A model generated the notes under the pieces. The model was not told the origin of the DNA and searched no databases. It saw nothing but the letters and a program-made list of their open reading frames with translations. DNA of 63,539 bases, the filler included, from Octopus bimaculoides (Eukaryota): assembly GCF_001194135.2 (NCBI RefSeq). It is 5 parts of 4 records of this genome, joined end to end, with 100 filler letters (N's around TTAATTAATTAA, not from the genome) between each part and the next. Parts side by side here need not be neighbours in the genome. Positions count along the whole stretch, not along the records: positions 1 to 17,976 come from NC_068987.1; 4 more parts are not named here. The stretch is one strand, 5' to 3'. Shown here one piece after another: positions 1 through 12,805 of this stretch. Positions within the stretch are counted from its first letter, which is position 1, and every line of letters begins with the position of its first letter. Position numbers and translations under genes: made by a program.

Positions 1-413
1 AAACGTTTTGAATGATTCAACATTGCACTATAATAGAACATACTTGTAATTTAGTTATCTATAGTCTGATGATATTTCGGAATACAATTCCTTCTTCAGA
101 TCTTCTTAGATGGAGTCTCTGCTATAAACTGTTTACTAACGGCTTTTCTTTCTTTTTTTTTTCCGGAAGTGTCTCAGTAGTGGTCTCACGAAGCTCCTTC
201 CGGAATTCCTCATGAGAAGTGCGTGAGGTTCGCTATGTTTCAATCTCGTGTGTGTTGGTATATCTGTAGCGTTGCTTATAAGTTATGTGTTATACGTGCA
301 GCTCCTCTTTTTTTTTTGTTATAAACAATACATGAGCATGTTATTAAGAATGAACCTACACACGTCCAGATGTAGCTAAATAATATATTGATTACCAATC
401 TCCAGCCTGTTGT

Positions 414-599
414 TAAAAATATGTGACACTTATTCTGTAGCCATGATAAAACTCCGATTTTCGGATGCCGGGGTGGGAACCCACGCCGCCATCTCTTCAG
501 TTATCCGGCCATTGAAAATTCCTGTGAAAAATGACCGTTAAACAAAGGGAAATTCCCGGAGTTTTATCATGGCTACCGAATAAGTGTCACATATTTTTA
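414..599. mobile_element. MITE-like element with 43-bp inverted repeats
   Basis: 414-456 (TAAAAATATGTGACACTTATTCTGTAGCCATGATAAAACTCCG) is the reverse complement of 557-599 with one mismatch; no ORF inside. Confidence 0.6.
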
Positions 600-664
600 C
601 AGATAAATTCCTCTATTTACATAATATTGAGGTCTCTTTCTTTCTTTTGTTGTCCTTTCTATCA

Positions 665-695
<31 letters not shown>

Positions 696-1555
696 TACTA
701 GCAAACGCCCCACTGTCCATTGGACGGTTTGTATAGGTGGAGAGGATTAACTTGGACGGTGTTAAGTTGTGGAGATGTTTGGTGATTGTATGGAGTTGTT
801 ACTTTTGATTAGGGCATCAAAGATTCCTGAGACGTTAAAACTGTTGACTGTTTCTTCTAAATAAGGAAAATTGATTTATAGTGAATCTTAACACAGTGAA
901 CCTTTTCAAAATTGTCATGAGGCTAATAAAATGAAGGAAAGTTGTTCAGCCCACAATATATACAACTTCCAGTGGAATCAGACATCATAATTAACCTTCA
1001 ACTTTTTCCACTCAAACACTTTTACATTAGGATAAGTACAATGTACTCTTCCGTAGTACATACCTCATGTTGACACCTATACGTCAGACTGAACGAAGTT
1101 TTATCTCCAAAGGGAATATTGCAAGTAATATTTAAGCAATAAACAGTTCTTTGGCTTTTACATTTGACGCTAGAGTGATGTCAATTTTTTTAGCCGCTTA
1201 CAAACGGGTGAAAACGCAGAAATGAATGCAGTTGATTGTGATCTAATATTTAAATCAAAATGAGACTGTATTTACAAATAGGAAGCATTATTTACATATA
1301 TCTGTAATTTAAATGTGAAAACGTCGAAATGAATTGTTTAGAACGTCGTTTAATGAAGAAACAGGACAAAAAGATTACAAAAATAGCGATTCTCACTTTG
1401 AAACTGACAATTTTGAAAATCCTTTTAGATTGGGGAACGCCCCACTCTCTCATGTATCCATGTTTAAACTTTCAGCGCGATCAGATGGACAATACTCGAG
1501 TTATAAGAGCACAAAAAACCCCAGATAAACAGAACGGGATTAATATATTAGATAT
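696..1555. mobile_element. Possible non-autonomous Helitron/Helentron-like relic
   Basis: Starts TACTAGC after a (TA)n run and ends ...ACAGAACGGGATTAATATATTAGAT, resembling rolling-circle non-autonomous element ends. Boundaries and identity are uncertain. Confidence 0.3.
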
Positions 1556-1635
1556 ATATACATATATGTATCTATCTATATATATATATATATGTGTGTA
1601 TGTGTGTGTGTGTGTATTTATATAATATATATGTG

Positions 1636-1696
<61 letters not shown>

Positions 1697-2699
1697 NNNN
1701 NNNNNNNNNNNNNNNNNNNNNNNNNNNNNNNNNNNNNNNNNNNNNNNNNNNNNNNNNNNNNNNNNNNNNNNNNNNNNNNNNNNNNNNNNNNNNNNNNNNN
1801 NNNNNNNNNNNNNNNNNNNNNNNNNNNNNNNNNNNNNNNNNNNNNNNNNNNNNNNNNNNNNNNNNNNNNNNNNNNNNNNNNNNNNNNNNNNNNNNNNNNN
1901 NNNNNNNNNNNNNNNNNNNNNNNNNNNNNNNNNNNNNNNNNNNNNNNNNNNNNNNNNNNNNNNNNNNNNNNNNNNNNNNNNNNNNNNNNNNNNNNNNNNN
2001 NNNNNNNNNNNNNNNNNNNNNNNNNNNNNNNNNNNNNNNNNNNNNNNNNNNNNNNNNNNNNNNNNNNNNNNNNNNNNNNNNNNNNNNNNNNNNNNNNNNN
2101 NNNNNNNNNNNNNNNNNNNNNNNNNNNNNNNNNNNNNNNNNNNNNNNNNNNNNNNNNNNNNNNNNNNNNNNNNNNNNNNNNNNNNNNNNNNNNNNNNNNN
2201 NNNNNNNNNNNNNNNNNNNNNNNNNNNNNNNNNNNNNNNNNNNNNNNNNNNNNNNNNNNNNNNNNNNNNNNNNNNNNNNNNNNNNNNNNNNNNNNNNNNN
2301 NNNNNNNNNNNNNNNNNNNNNNNNNNNNNNNNNNNNNNNNNNNNNNNNNNNNNNNNNNNNNNNNNNNNNNNNNNNNNNNNNNNNNNNTGTCCCATCTTCG
2401 TTGAGCCCTGTGTGGCTAATAAAAGAAATGTATCTATCTATATATATATATATATATTCCGATGTCTATATCTATTTTTTTCTCACACACTTTTCTTTGA
2501 ATTTGGTCTAGTATGTTCTATTCAAAGTCCTTTTCATTCCATAATTCCATTGCAGCCATGTTCAATATATTGCCCTTGTTAGTAACTTGAACTTTAATAC
2601 AGGGTTGCATATTCTGAGGACGATACATTCGTCTAAAGTATAATGCTGTTGCCTTATATTGAACTCTTTATCAAGTGTGACGATTCTGTAAACGGTTAC

Positions 2700-3005
2700 A
2701 GTGAGTGTTCCAGCTGATCCGGGCAACGGAACAAGCTGCACATGAAATTAACGTGTAAGTGCCTGAGCACTTCGCAGACACACTTAACCCTTAACGTAGT
2801 TCCCAGAGAAAATCAGGGTGACACAAAATATGACATGGCTGGCTCTTTGGAAGAGCATGAATTACTCATTTTTTACCGGCTGCGTGGACTGGAGTCACGA
2901 GCAATAGAGTGTCTTTCTCAAGATTAAGAGCACAACGCGCGGCCGGGAATCGAACTTGCGACGTTACGATCATGAACCAAATACCCTTAACCACTTAACC
3001 ACGCA
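2700..3005 (-). mobile_element. Diverged tRNA-headed SINE, family D
   Basis: Similar to the copies at 49378-49752 and 59054-59440 (GAAATTAACGTG.AAGTG, CCCTTAACGTAGTT, GGGAATCGAA B-box complement). Confidence 0.7.
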
Positions 3006-3702
3006 CTTTCACGGGGATTCCGCATCTGACGAAGATTAGGAGGGACCATTGTATCGCGTATAGATATTTTCGGCTCGTCGTTAATACGTGTGTATGCGTG
3101 AGTGCGCGTGCGTGTTCGTGCGTGCGTATGTATGTATATATATATATGTGTGTGTGTGTATGTGTATATATACATGTGTGCGTGCTTGTGTGTGAGTGCA
3201 TATATTTACATACATACATTTATATGTATGTATGAATGTATGTATGTATATATATATATATGCGTGTATATATATATATATACATACATACATATATATG
3301 CACACACACACACACACACACACACACNNNNNNNNNNNNNNNNNNNNNNNNNNNNNNNNNNNNNNNNNNNNNNNNNNNNNNNNNNNNNNNNNNNNNNNNN
3401 NNNNNNNNNNNNNNNNNNNNNNNNNNNNNNNNNNNNNNNNNNNNNNNNNNNNNNNNNNNNNNNNNNNNNNNNNNNNNNNNNNNNNNNNNNNNNNNNNNNN
3501 NNNNNNNNNNNNNNNNNNNNNNNNNNNNNNNNNNNNNNNNNNNNNNNNNNNTATATATATATATATGTACACGCACTAATCTTTGTTACACCAGGATTTA
3601 CTGCATTGTAACAACGTATCGGAATTTAAACGTATTGTTTACTGAGCTCTTAATTGCCGCTGTTATGATGGCTAAAGTTTATTTATCAGGTCTAAATATA
3701 GA

Positions 3703-4050
3703 TGTGAAGGCGCAATGGCTCACTGGTTAGAGCGTCGGGCTCACAATCGTGAGATAGTGAGTTCGAATCCCGGACCGGGCTGTGTGTTGTGTTTTTGAGC
3801 AAGACACTTTATTTCACGTTGCTCCAGTTCACTCAGTTGTAGAAATGAGTTGCAACGTCACAGGTGCCGAGCTGTATCGGCCCCTTTGCCTTTCTCTTGG
3901 ATAACATTGGTGCCGTGGGGGGTGGGGTGGGGGCTGGTGTGCATGGGCGACTGCTGGTCTTCCATAAACAATCTTGCCGGACTTGTGCCTCGGAGGAGAA
4001 CCTTCTAGGTGCAATGTCATGGTCATTCATGACCGAAGGGGGCCCTTTTA
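3703..4050 (+). mobile_element. tRNA-derived SINE, family E
   Basis: Pol III A box TGGCTCACTGG and B box GTTCGAATCC, then TTGAGCAAGACACTTT body. A diverged copy lies at about 19410-19530. Confidence 0.8.
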
Positions 4051-4638
4051 CTTTATTCTTGTACTTGTTTCAGTCATTTGACTGGAGCCATGCTGGAGCT
4101 CTGTGATAAAGGAATTTTAGTCGAAGAAATCGCCCCTGGTACTTATTCTATCATTCTCTTTGCCGGATCGCTAAGTTACGGGGACGTAAACACACTAACA
4201 TCAGTTGTCAAGCGATGATGGGGAAACAAACACAGACAAACACAGACAAAGACTCACACATATACACACTTACGTTTAAGATGATTCCCATGCTTTCCCT
4301 GATGAGAAGGTTACAATTTTAATATCAAAGATCCCTATGGATCACACAGGTTGTAATCCTTTGAAACATATGTAGGAATAAAGTATGCAATTATAACATG
4401 CGTTTTCTCCAATCCTTAAATTCTTAAATATACTCAAATACCCAAAATTTCAAGGAGTTCCTGCCTTAAAAACAGGAGCTAACCACAGTTATTTTGTGTT
4501 CTTTGCTACATTGGTTTCTATTAACCCATTTATTCTATGAGAAGAATTTTATTCATTAAGATAGAAGAAATACACATAATTATATATNNNNNNNNNNNNN
4601 NNNNNNNNNNNNNNNNNNNNNNNNNNNNNATATATACG

Positions 4639-4775
4639 ATGAGGTTCTTTCAGTTTCCGTCTACCAAATCCATTTATAAGGCTTTGGTTGGTCCAATGCT
4701 ATATTAGATGACACTTGCCCGGAACCTTGTGGTTGGGAAGGAATCTTCTTACCACGCAGTCACGCCTGCGAGATA
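4639..4775 (-). mobile_element. SINE family A (CORE-like), partial
   Basis: TTCTTTCAGTTTCCGTCTACCAAATCC motif shared with at least nine other copies in the window. Confidence 0.75.
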
Positions 4776-5264
4776 TAATAAATGTTATAGATTTTGCAGT
4801 TCCTATTTACCATATGAACATATGTGTGCATGTGCGTTTGTGTGTGTGTGTGGGGGGGGAGGGGTGTTAATCACTATGCTTAGAAAAATAAGATTATCCC
4901 AACATGCATCGTGGCTGGCCTGACAGTCTTCAGAGAAAAAGATCTCATCTTTATGCCTATTAAGAGATCCTGAAAGTAATCGCTATTTAAGTTTGTCACA
5001 AACCAGTACGTAGTTGAAATAGTCATACATATATATATATGCATGAAAGACGTGTTGAATATGTATAGGACATGTGAGTGTGTATGCATGTATGTGTGTT
5101 TGTGCGTGTGTTCGTGTGTTCGTGTGAGTGTGTGTGCGTATGTGTGTTAGTGTGTGTGCGTGTTTGTGTGTGTATATAAACCGTTCTTAATGGTTCGACA
5201 TGAAGTAAATAAATCTATAAATGACAGCATGCAAACACAGCGTTAAAAAAGCCCTATATATATG

Positions 5265-5296
<32 letters not shown>

Positions 5297-5938
5297 TATA
5301 TACACAGGCACACGCATATACGTAAATATGTTTGTGTGTACGCGGGCGAGTATGTACGTTTGTATGTGTATACATACATATACACGCATACATACATTCA
5401 TACATACATTCATTCGCACATACATACATACATACATACATGCATACATATATACATACATACATACATACATACATACATGCATACATACATACATACA
5501 TACATACATATGTACATATAGAAATATGGCTACCTGTAAATATACATTTTCTGTTTATCGTATTTGCAATGAATATTGTTATCTGTAGATTAATATCCTA
5601 AATATTTATCTCTTTGTACTTGTTAGTATATCTAAGAGAGTATTTACCAAAATAATACGAGTCAAAGTTCTCTTTAATCTATCCTATCCCATTGCACTCA
5701 CTGTACATGTATTTCTATAATTAGTCCTCTCCCACAAAACCTACTAATTTGGCCGTATTTCTTAACGAACATCCGAAAATTATTTTCGTTCACGTTCATA
5801 CATCCATCCCTCAATAGAAAGGCTTCCACTCTATATAATCTTTATTTACATAACACGTATAGTACTGAGATGAAACTATCCTATCTAAGATGAAGTCTGT
5901 TCTAAGATATGAATGTCTTTATATTCGTCACCTTATCA

Positions 5939-6420
5939 AGGTGGTGATCTGGTAGAATCGTTATCGCAACGGACCAAATGATACACAGCTTTACGTTCTA
6001 ATCTTTTTCTGGGTCGAGTTGATCTTTTTGTTTTCAAATCCTTTCGAGGTCGATGAAATAAGTACCAGTTAAACACTTGGGTCAATGCAATAGGGCTAGA
6101 CTTTTCTCCTAAAGTTTCTGGCTTTGTGCCTGTAGTCGAAAAAAATAATAAGTTTTATGAATATTGCGTGCTGGCAAAATCGTTAGCGCGTCGGGTAAAA
6201 TCCTTAGCGGCATTTCAGTTGGCTCTTTGCATTCTGAGTTCAAATGCCGCCGAGGTGAACCTTACCTTTTATCCTTTCGGGGTCAATGAAACCAGTACCA
6301 GTTGAGCATTGGGTCGATATAATCGACTGTTTCCCTTCATCCAAAATATGCTTTGTCCCTAAGGTATAAAGGATATAATCGATTTAACCCCTCTTCTCAA
6401 AATCGAACTCCTTGTGTCAA
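5939..6420 (+). mobile_element. Two adjacent SINE family B monomers
   Basis: Heads like GAGCTGGCAGAATCGTTAG, B box GAGTTCAAAT and body CCTTTCG.GGTCGAT.AAAT/CAGTACCAG, as in the other B copies. Confidence 0.75.
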
Positions 6421-6844
6421 GATTAGAAAGAACTAGTCTTCCTCATGTATAGATGAATGGTTGACCTTCATCTACGCAACATCTTTCCACATATTAATCT
6501 CTTTATACAACTTACCTAGTATAAAGATTTTTTGTATTGAAATTTAGGGTCACTGATCTCCTTAATATATTTGATTGCCAGGCTGCTGTTAGTCCGTATC
6601 GATATCTATCTATCTATCTGTCTATCTATCTATCTGTCTATCTATCTATCTGTCTATCTAATAAATATAATACACATATATTAAATATATTTATTACATA
6701 TATATTATAAATATAATATATAACATGATATATATGGATGTACATGTATATATAATATTTATATATACATATATATATGTAAATAATAAATATATGCATG
6801 CACGTATATCTATATATCTATAATCTTTTCTCTCTATATATGTA

Positions 6845-6883
<39 letters not shown>

Positions 6884-8202
6884 NNNNNNNNNNTATATGT
6901 ATATATATATATATATATATATAAATATATATATATATACACGCACACACATACATACGTGCAGACAAGCACATGTCACTAACCAAAACGCACTTCTGTT
7001 GTTAACATTTTTGTACTATTTTTACTTCCGGGAATACCAAACTACACAGTTTAATTAAATCTACCCGCACTGGTTGCACTCACGCTATTGGTATTCGTAT
7101 AATTTGTCTCAGAAGTAATTAATCAGCTGCTTTTTTAAAGCCAGTATCCTTAAATATTTTCCCCACCCCACGCTCTGTCCATCGCTTAATTGTTTCATTC
7201 AAAACCTAAATTTCACCTACACACATTAGGATAACTATTTCATCTTTTATCCCTCGTTTGTTTCAGGTCATGCTGGGCACCTCCTTGATGGGTTTTATTC
7301 GAACGTGTCAACCCCAAGTAATTCTTTTGCTTAGAAGTCTGGTATTAATTGCATAAATGTCTTTTGCTGAACAACTAACTTACGGGGTCGTAACTTAGCG
7401 GACCGATAGAACAAGTACAGGTTTAAAAAAGAAAAAAAAGTTAGTACAGGAGCCGATTTGCTCGACTTCCAGGCGGTGCCCCAGCTTGGCCGCCGTCACT
7501 TTGAAGATGAAAATTATTTTCTCAATGATTTTTTAATGTATTTTGAACATGTTGNNNNNNNNNNNNNNNNNNNNNNNNNNNNNNNNNNNNNNNNNNNNNN
7601 NNNNNNNNNNNNNNNNNNNNNNNNNNNNNNNNNNNNNNNNNNNNNNNNNNNNNNNNNNNNNNNNNNNNNNNNNNNNNNNNNNNNNNNNNNNNNNNNNNNN
7701 NNNNNNNNNNNNNNNNNNNNNNNNNNNNNNNNNNNNNNNNNNNNNNNNNNNNNNNNNNNNNNNNNNNNNNNNNNNNNNNNNNNNNNNNNNNNNNNNNNNN
7801 NNNNNNNNNNNNNNNNNNNNNNNNNNNNNNNNNNNNNNNNNNNNNNNNNNNNNNNNNNNNNNNNNNNNNNNNNNNNNNNNNNNNNNNNNNNNNNNNNNNN
7901 NNNNNNNNNNNNNNNNNNNNNNNNNNNNNNNNNNNNNNNNNNNNNNNNNNNNNNNNNNNNNNNNNNNNNNNNNNNNNNNNNNNNNNNNNNNNNNNNNNNN
8001 NNNNNNNNNNNNNNNNNNNNNNNNNNNNNNNNNNNNNNNNNNNNNNNNNNNNNNNNNNNNNNNNNNNNNNNNNNNNNNNNNNNNNNNNNNNNNNNNNNNN
8101 NNNNNNNNNNNNNNNNNNNNNNNNNNNNNNNNNNNNNNNNNNNNNNGAGATACGCGCAGACACTCACACATTCGTATATTCACACACGTATATATATATG
8201 TA

Positions 8203-8246
<44 letters not shown>

Positions 8247-8289
8247 TGAACATACTTTATTAAAAAGTAGCAAAAATATCACAGAAACA

Positions 8290-9117
8290 GTTACTCAGAG
8301 TTCCACGTTCCCGTTCGTCGGAGAGCTTTGTTTAGCAGGGTCAGTTGGGCATCGTCTGTGAGAAAAACAGCACCATGACGCAATTCACTCTGCCAGAAAT
8401 ATGGAAACGACGTGTTGTACAGTTTGGTATTTGCGCCAGAGGCTCCAATACGAACATTTCAGAGTGTTTGGGTGTCAATCTGAGGATATGTATCGAGAGT
8501 GATAAAAAGCCAACATCCAGTCAACATTATAGTGTTTGGAGTGATCACTGGTGATGGCGACGTTTGCCTCCATTCATCTTCCCACACAGCCTCAGACTCA
8601 ACGCATACGTTTACATCAAGTGCCTGGAGGAGATAGTGCTGCCCTGGGTCAAGAGGGTAGCTTCTGGAAGACCCTATGTCTGGCAACAGGACTCTGTGCC
8701 ATTCCACACAAGCAGGGGAACCCATTTATGGCTGTCAGACAATTTCTGCAACCACATCACCCCTAACATCTAGCCATCTAACTCCCCAGACTGCAACTCC
8801 CTTGATTATTATGTGTGGGGCGCAGTTGAGTGAGAGACCAACAAAACTCCTTGTAACACACCAAAGACAAACTGAAGGCAAGGATTATGGCAGCATTCAC
8901 CAATTTAAACAAGGAGACTGTCCAGAAGAGTTGCAGGAGATTCCGAAGTCATCTGGAGGCCGTGGTTGAAGCCAATGGCGATTTTATTGAATAAATTTAT
9001 TCTTTAGTATTTCAAGATATTTTTATGCAATTTGGGTAAATATATTTTTAAAAATGAAATGTCAGTGTTATTTTCATTTACGCTTAATTTAGACGACAGT
9101 TTATTTATCACACCCTG
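8290..9117 (+). mobile_element. Internally deleted, inactivated Tc1/mariner transposon of the DD37D (maT) type
   Basis: N-terminal remnant from ATG 8375 (MTQFTLPEIWKRR). Catalytic region WQQDSVPFHTS...*PSNSPDCNSLDYYVWG has 37 residues between the last two Asp. Ends CACCCTG followed by TA (9118-9119). Contains stops and frameshifts; left TIR not found. Confidence 0.85.
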
Positions 9118-9139
9118 TATACATATATATGTACATGAC

Positions 9140-9305
9140 GAATTTCTTTCAGTTTCCGTATACTAAATGCAATCAGAAGGCTTTGGTCGGCTGAAGAGTA
9201 GAGTAGAAGACAATAACCCAAGGTGTCACGCAGTGCAATTGAAGCTATTGAATCCGGAACCATGTGGTTGGGAAGCAAACTTATTACCACAGAGCTACGC
9301 CTGCA
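9140..9305 (-). mobile_element. SINE family A
   Basis: Head on the minus strand GGCGTAGCTCTGTGGTAATAAGTTTGCTTCCCAACCACATGGTTCC; family A tail motif. Confidence 0.8.
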
Positions 9306-9692
9306 CCTATATATTGAAAATATAAAAATATATAAATAAATAAATAAATAAAGCTAACAATGTTTATAATAGTTAAAATCACAATATATAAAAACATCAA
9401 AAAGGAAATAAAAACGTAAGTGTACGAGAGCTGTAGGTATACACATTTTAGTGAAAATTAAATTAAATAAACAAATTTTAAATCGAAGCTGTCTTCTCTA
9501 ACAACTGAAAAATTTGTAGAAAGTAAGGAAAGAACGGACATAAAAAAACAAGCAGGAAATATTTATAAGTATTTATTTTAGAAATTAAAATAAAATTTAA
9601 AAAGGCAAAAGAAGTGCAAACAAAAAAAACCAAAAAAAAACAAACAAACAAATAAACCGAGGCAGTTTTGTCCGAATGTCAAAACATTTTCC

Positions 9693-10085
9693 GGCTGTGT
9701 GGTTAGGTTATAAAGCTTGCTTTGTAACCATGTGTGTATTTTCGGGTTCTGTTCAGTGCCACTGCATGTCACCTTGGGGCATTTGTCTTTTACTTTAGCT
9801 TCCAGGCTGATGAATACTTTGTGAGTGAATTTGGGAAACGGAAACTGTTTAGAAGCTCGTCGTATGTGTGTGTGTGTCTGAGTTAGTCTTCCTCCTCCAC
9901 ACACACACACACACACACACACACTGCTTGACAACCGGTGTTGGTTTGTTTACGTTCCCATAACATAGCAAATCGTCAAAAGATTGAATAAGTGCCAGAC
10001 TTAAAATTCGACTAAGCCGTTTAAGGCGGTGCCCCAGCATGGCTACAGTCCAATGACTGAAACAAGTAAAAAAAAAAAAAAACTG
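9693..10085 (+). mobile_element. Composite SINE: family A + internal microsatellite + C segment
   Basis: A body ends GAAGCTCGTCG, then (TG)n/(CA)n, then CTTGACAACCGGTGTTGG...GGCGGTGCCCCAGCATGGC...TGACTGAAACAAGTAAAA. Confidence 0.75.
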
Positions 10086-10196
10086 GNNNNNNNNNNNNNN
10101 NNNNNNNNNNNNNNNNNNNNNNNNNNNNNNNNNNNNNNNNNNNNNNNNNNNNNNNNNNNNNNNNNNNNNNNNNNNNNNNNNNNNNNGCCACGCGCC

Positions 10197-10237
<41 letters not shown>

Positions 10238-10343
10238 CTATATTAAGAAAAAGAACGAAAAGACTATAACACTCTAGCAGAAAGGCTTGATATATTAGTT
10301 CTGCTTAATAAATGTGTGATTCTTGTTAAACGTCTGCACTTAC

Positions 10344-10441
10344 ATGGCGTCGGTGAATTTCCATGAGAGTTATAATTGTCAGTAGTGAAAAATCTCGATT
10401 TGGAAAGAGCATTTAATGTCTTCTTCTCTGCAGATGAATTT
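10344..10441 (-). CDS. Candidate orphan exon (98 nt), product unknown
   Basis: Minus-strand acceptor TTCCTTTTATACAG and donor CAT|GTAAGT; one open frame NSSAEKKTLNALSKSRFFTTDNYNSHGNSPTP. No homology recognised. Confidence 0.3.
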
Positions 10442-11006
10442 CTGTATAAAAGGAATCGATAGAATGAAACAAGCACTAAGCAGTAATGATTATATAAACA
10501 AAGTAATAGGCCAACTCATATAACAATATAACCACACATACTGTGTAAAATAATACGTTAGATAGACACTGCGTTCATTAAAAAAATATTCAAACCACGC
10601 AACGTGTATTACATAAATAAAAAGCTTGCTGATAATAAAAGAGATAGAAATAAGAAAATAACTAACAAAATAAAAATCACTTGTAAACTATGAATTAACG
10701 TTAATAATATACACGAAGCATCTAGGGAGTATCTACAATGTTGATTAACCAGCTAGAAATAGCTGCCAGATATTCGTTAACTCATACGCCATCGTCTTCG
10801 AAAAAGGCATACTGAACAAAGCGTTCTTGCGTTCCCCACACGCTGTATAAAGACGTGTTTCTACACGACCACCTGCCTGTGAGAAATAGCTGTGAAATCT
10901 CCCTCAAATCACGTCAGATTGTCATGTATGAAAGAAACATAACTTCCATATTGTAGTCTCGGGGAGCCGGGGGGAAAGATACCAGGAATTAACAGCCTAA
11001 GTATAT

Positions 11007-11439
11007 ATATATATATATTCTTTCTACTCTAGGCACAAGGCCCTAAATTTTGGGGGAGGGGGCCAGTCAATGAGATCGACGCCAGTACGCGACTGGTACT
11101 TAATCTATTAAGGGTGAAAGGCAAAGTCGACCTCGGCGGAATTTGAACTAAGAACACAAAGACAGACGAAATACGACTAAGCATTTCGCCCGGCGTGCTA
11201 ACGTTTCTTATTTCTTTATTGCCCACAAGGGGCTAAACATAGAGGGGACAAACAAGGACAGACAAAGGGATTAAGTCGATTACATCGACCCAGTGCGTAA
11301 CTGGTACTTAATTTAAAGACCCTGAAAGGATGAAAGCAAAGTCGACCTCGGCGGAATTTGAACTCAGAACATAAAAACAGAAGAATTACTGTTAAGCATT
11401 TCGTTCGGCGTGCTAGCGTTTCTGACAGCTCGCCGCCTT
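11007..11439 (-). mobile_element. Dimeric SINE family B with target-site duplication
   Basis: Two tandem B units flanked by AGCCTAAGTATAT (10994-11006) and AGCCTACGTATAT (11440-11452). Confidence 0.85.
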
Positions 11440-11458
11440 AGCCTACGTATATTGTCTC

Positions 11459-11504
<46 letters not shown>

Positions 11505-11519
11505 TTATCTATCCGTCTA

Positions 11520-11560
<41 letters not shown>

Positions 11561-11854
11561 ATATATTTCAGCTAATTTTGCTAATCGGTTTCACAGTCGA
11601 AAGTTCAGGGGGAAAACACAATCCTAGCCTTCATCAGAAAGGCTTGTAGGAAGAGCACGGCGTCGGAACTTTCTAAATTACTCTTCCCACAACCCATTCA
11701 GACGAGCGCCAATATTGGGTTTTCCCCACAAACTCTCAGCTGCAAAACCGCTCGCCAAAATCGGTTAAAATGGATTTATAATACAATATTGCATAGATAT
11801 TAATATACCCACTTTATGAGCCGTTTCTGTATCATTTCTAATGGATTTTTAGGG

Positions 11855-11888
<34 letters not shown>

Positions 11889-12805
11889 NNNNNNNNNNNN
11901 NNNNNNNNNNNNNNNNNNNNNNNNNNNNNNNNNNNNNNNNNNNNNNNNNNNNNNNNNNNNNNNNNNNNNNNNNNNNNNNNNNNNNNNNNNNNNNNNNNNN
12001 NNNNNNNNNNNNNNNNNNNNNNNNNNNNNNNNNNNNNNNNNNNNNNNNNNNNNNNNNNNNNNNNNNNNNNNNNNNNNNNNNNNNNNNNNNNNNNNNNNNN
12101 NNNNNNNNNNNNNNNNNNNNNNNNNNNNNNNNNNNNNNNNNNNNNNNNNNNNNNNNNNNNNNNNNNNNNNNNNNNNNNNNNNNNNNNNNNNNNNNNNNNN
12201 NNNNNNNNNNNNNNNNNNNNNNNNNNNNNNNNNNNNNNNNNNNNNNNNNNNNNNNNNNNNNNNNNNNNNNNNNNNNNNNNNNNNNNNNNNNNNNNNNNNN
12301 NNNNNNNNNNNNNNNNNNNNNNNNNNNNNNNNNNNNNNNNNNNNNNNNNNNNNNNNNNNNNNNNNNNNNNNNNNNNNNNNNNNNNNNNNNNNNNNNNNNN
12401 NNNNNNNNNNNNNNNNNNNNNNNNNNNNNNNNNNNNNNNNNNNNNNNNNNNNNNNNNNNNNNNNNNNNNNNNNNNNNNNNNNNNNNNNNNNNNNNNNNNN
12501 NNNNNNNNNNNNNNNNNNNNNNNNNNNNNNNNNNNNNNNNNNNNNNNNNNNNNNNNNNNNNNNNNNNNNNNNNNNNNNNNNNNNNNNNNNNNNNNNNNNN
12601 NNNNNNNNNNNNNNNNNNNNNNNNNNNNNNNNNNNNNNNNNNNNNNNNNNNNNNNNNNNNNNNNNNNNNNNNNNNNNNNNNNNNNNNNNNNNNNNNNNNN
12701 NNNNNNNNNNNNNNNNNNNNNNNNNNNNNNNNNNNNNNNNNNNNNNNNNNNNNNNNNNNNNNNNNNNNNNNNNNNNNNNNNNNNNNNNNNNNNNNNNNNN
12801 ATATA

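Noticed and set aside
3708-3780. tRNA-like sequences (also heads at about 49750 and 59440)
   Set aside because: They have A and B boxes but no complete cloverleaf, and continue into SINE bodies; not tRNA genes.
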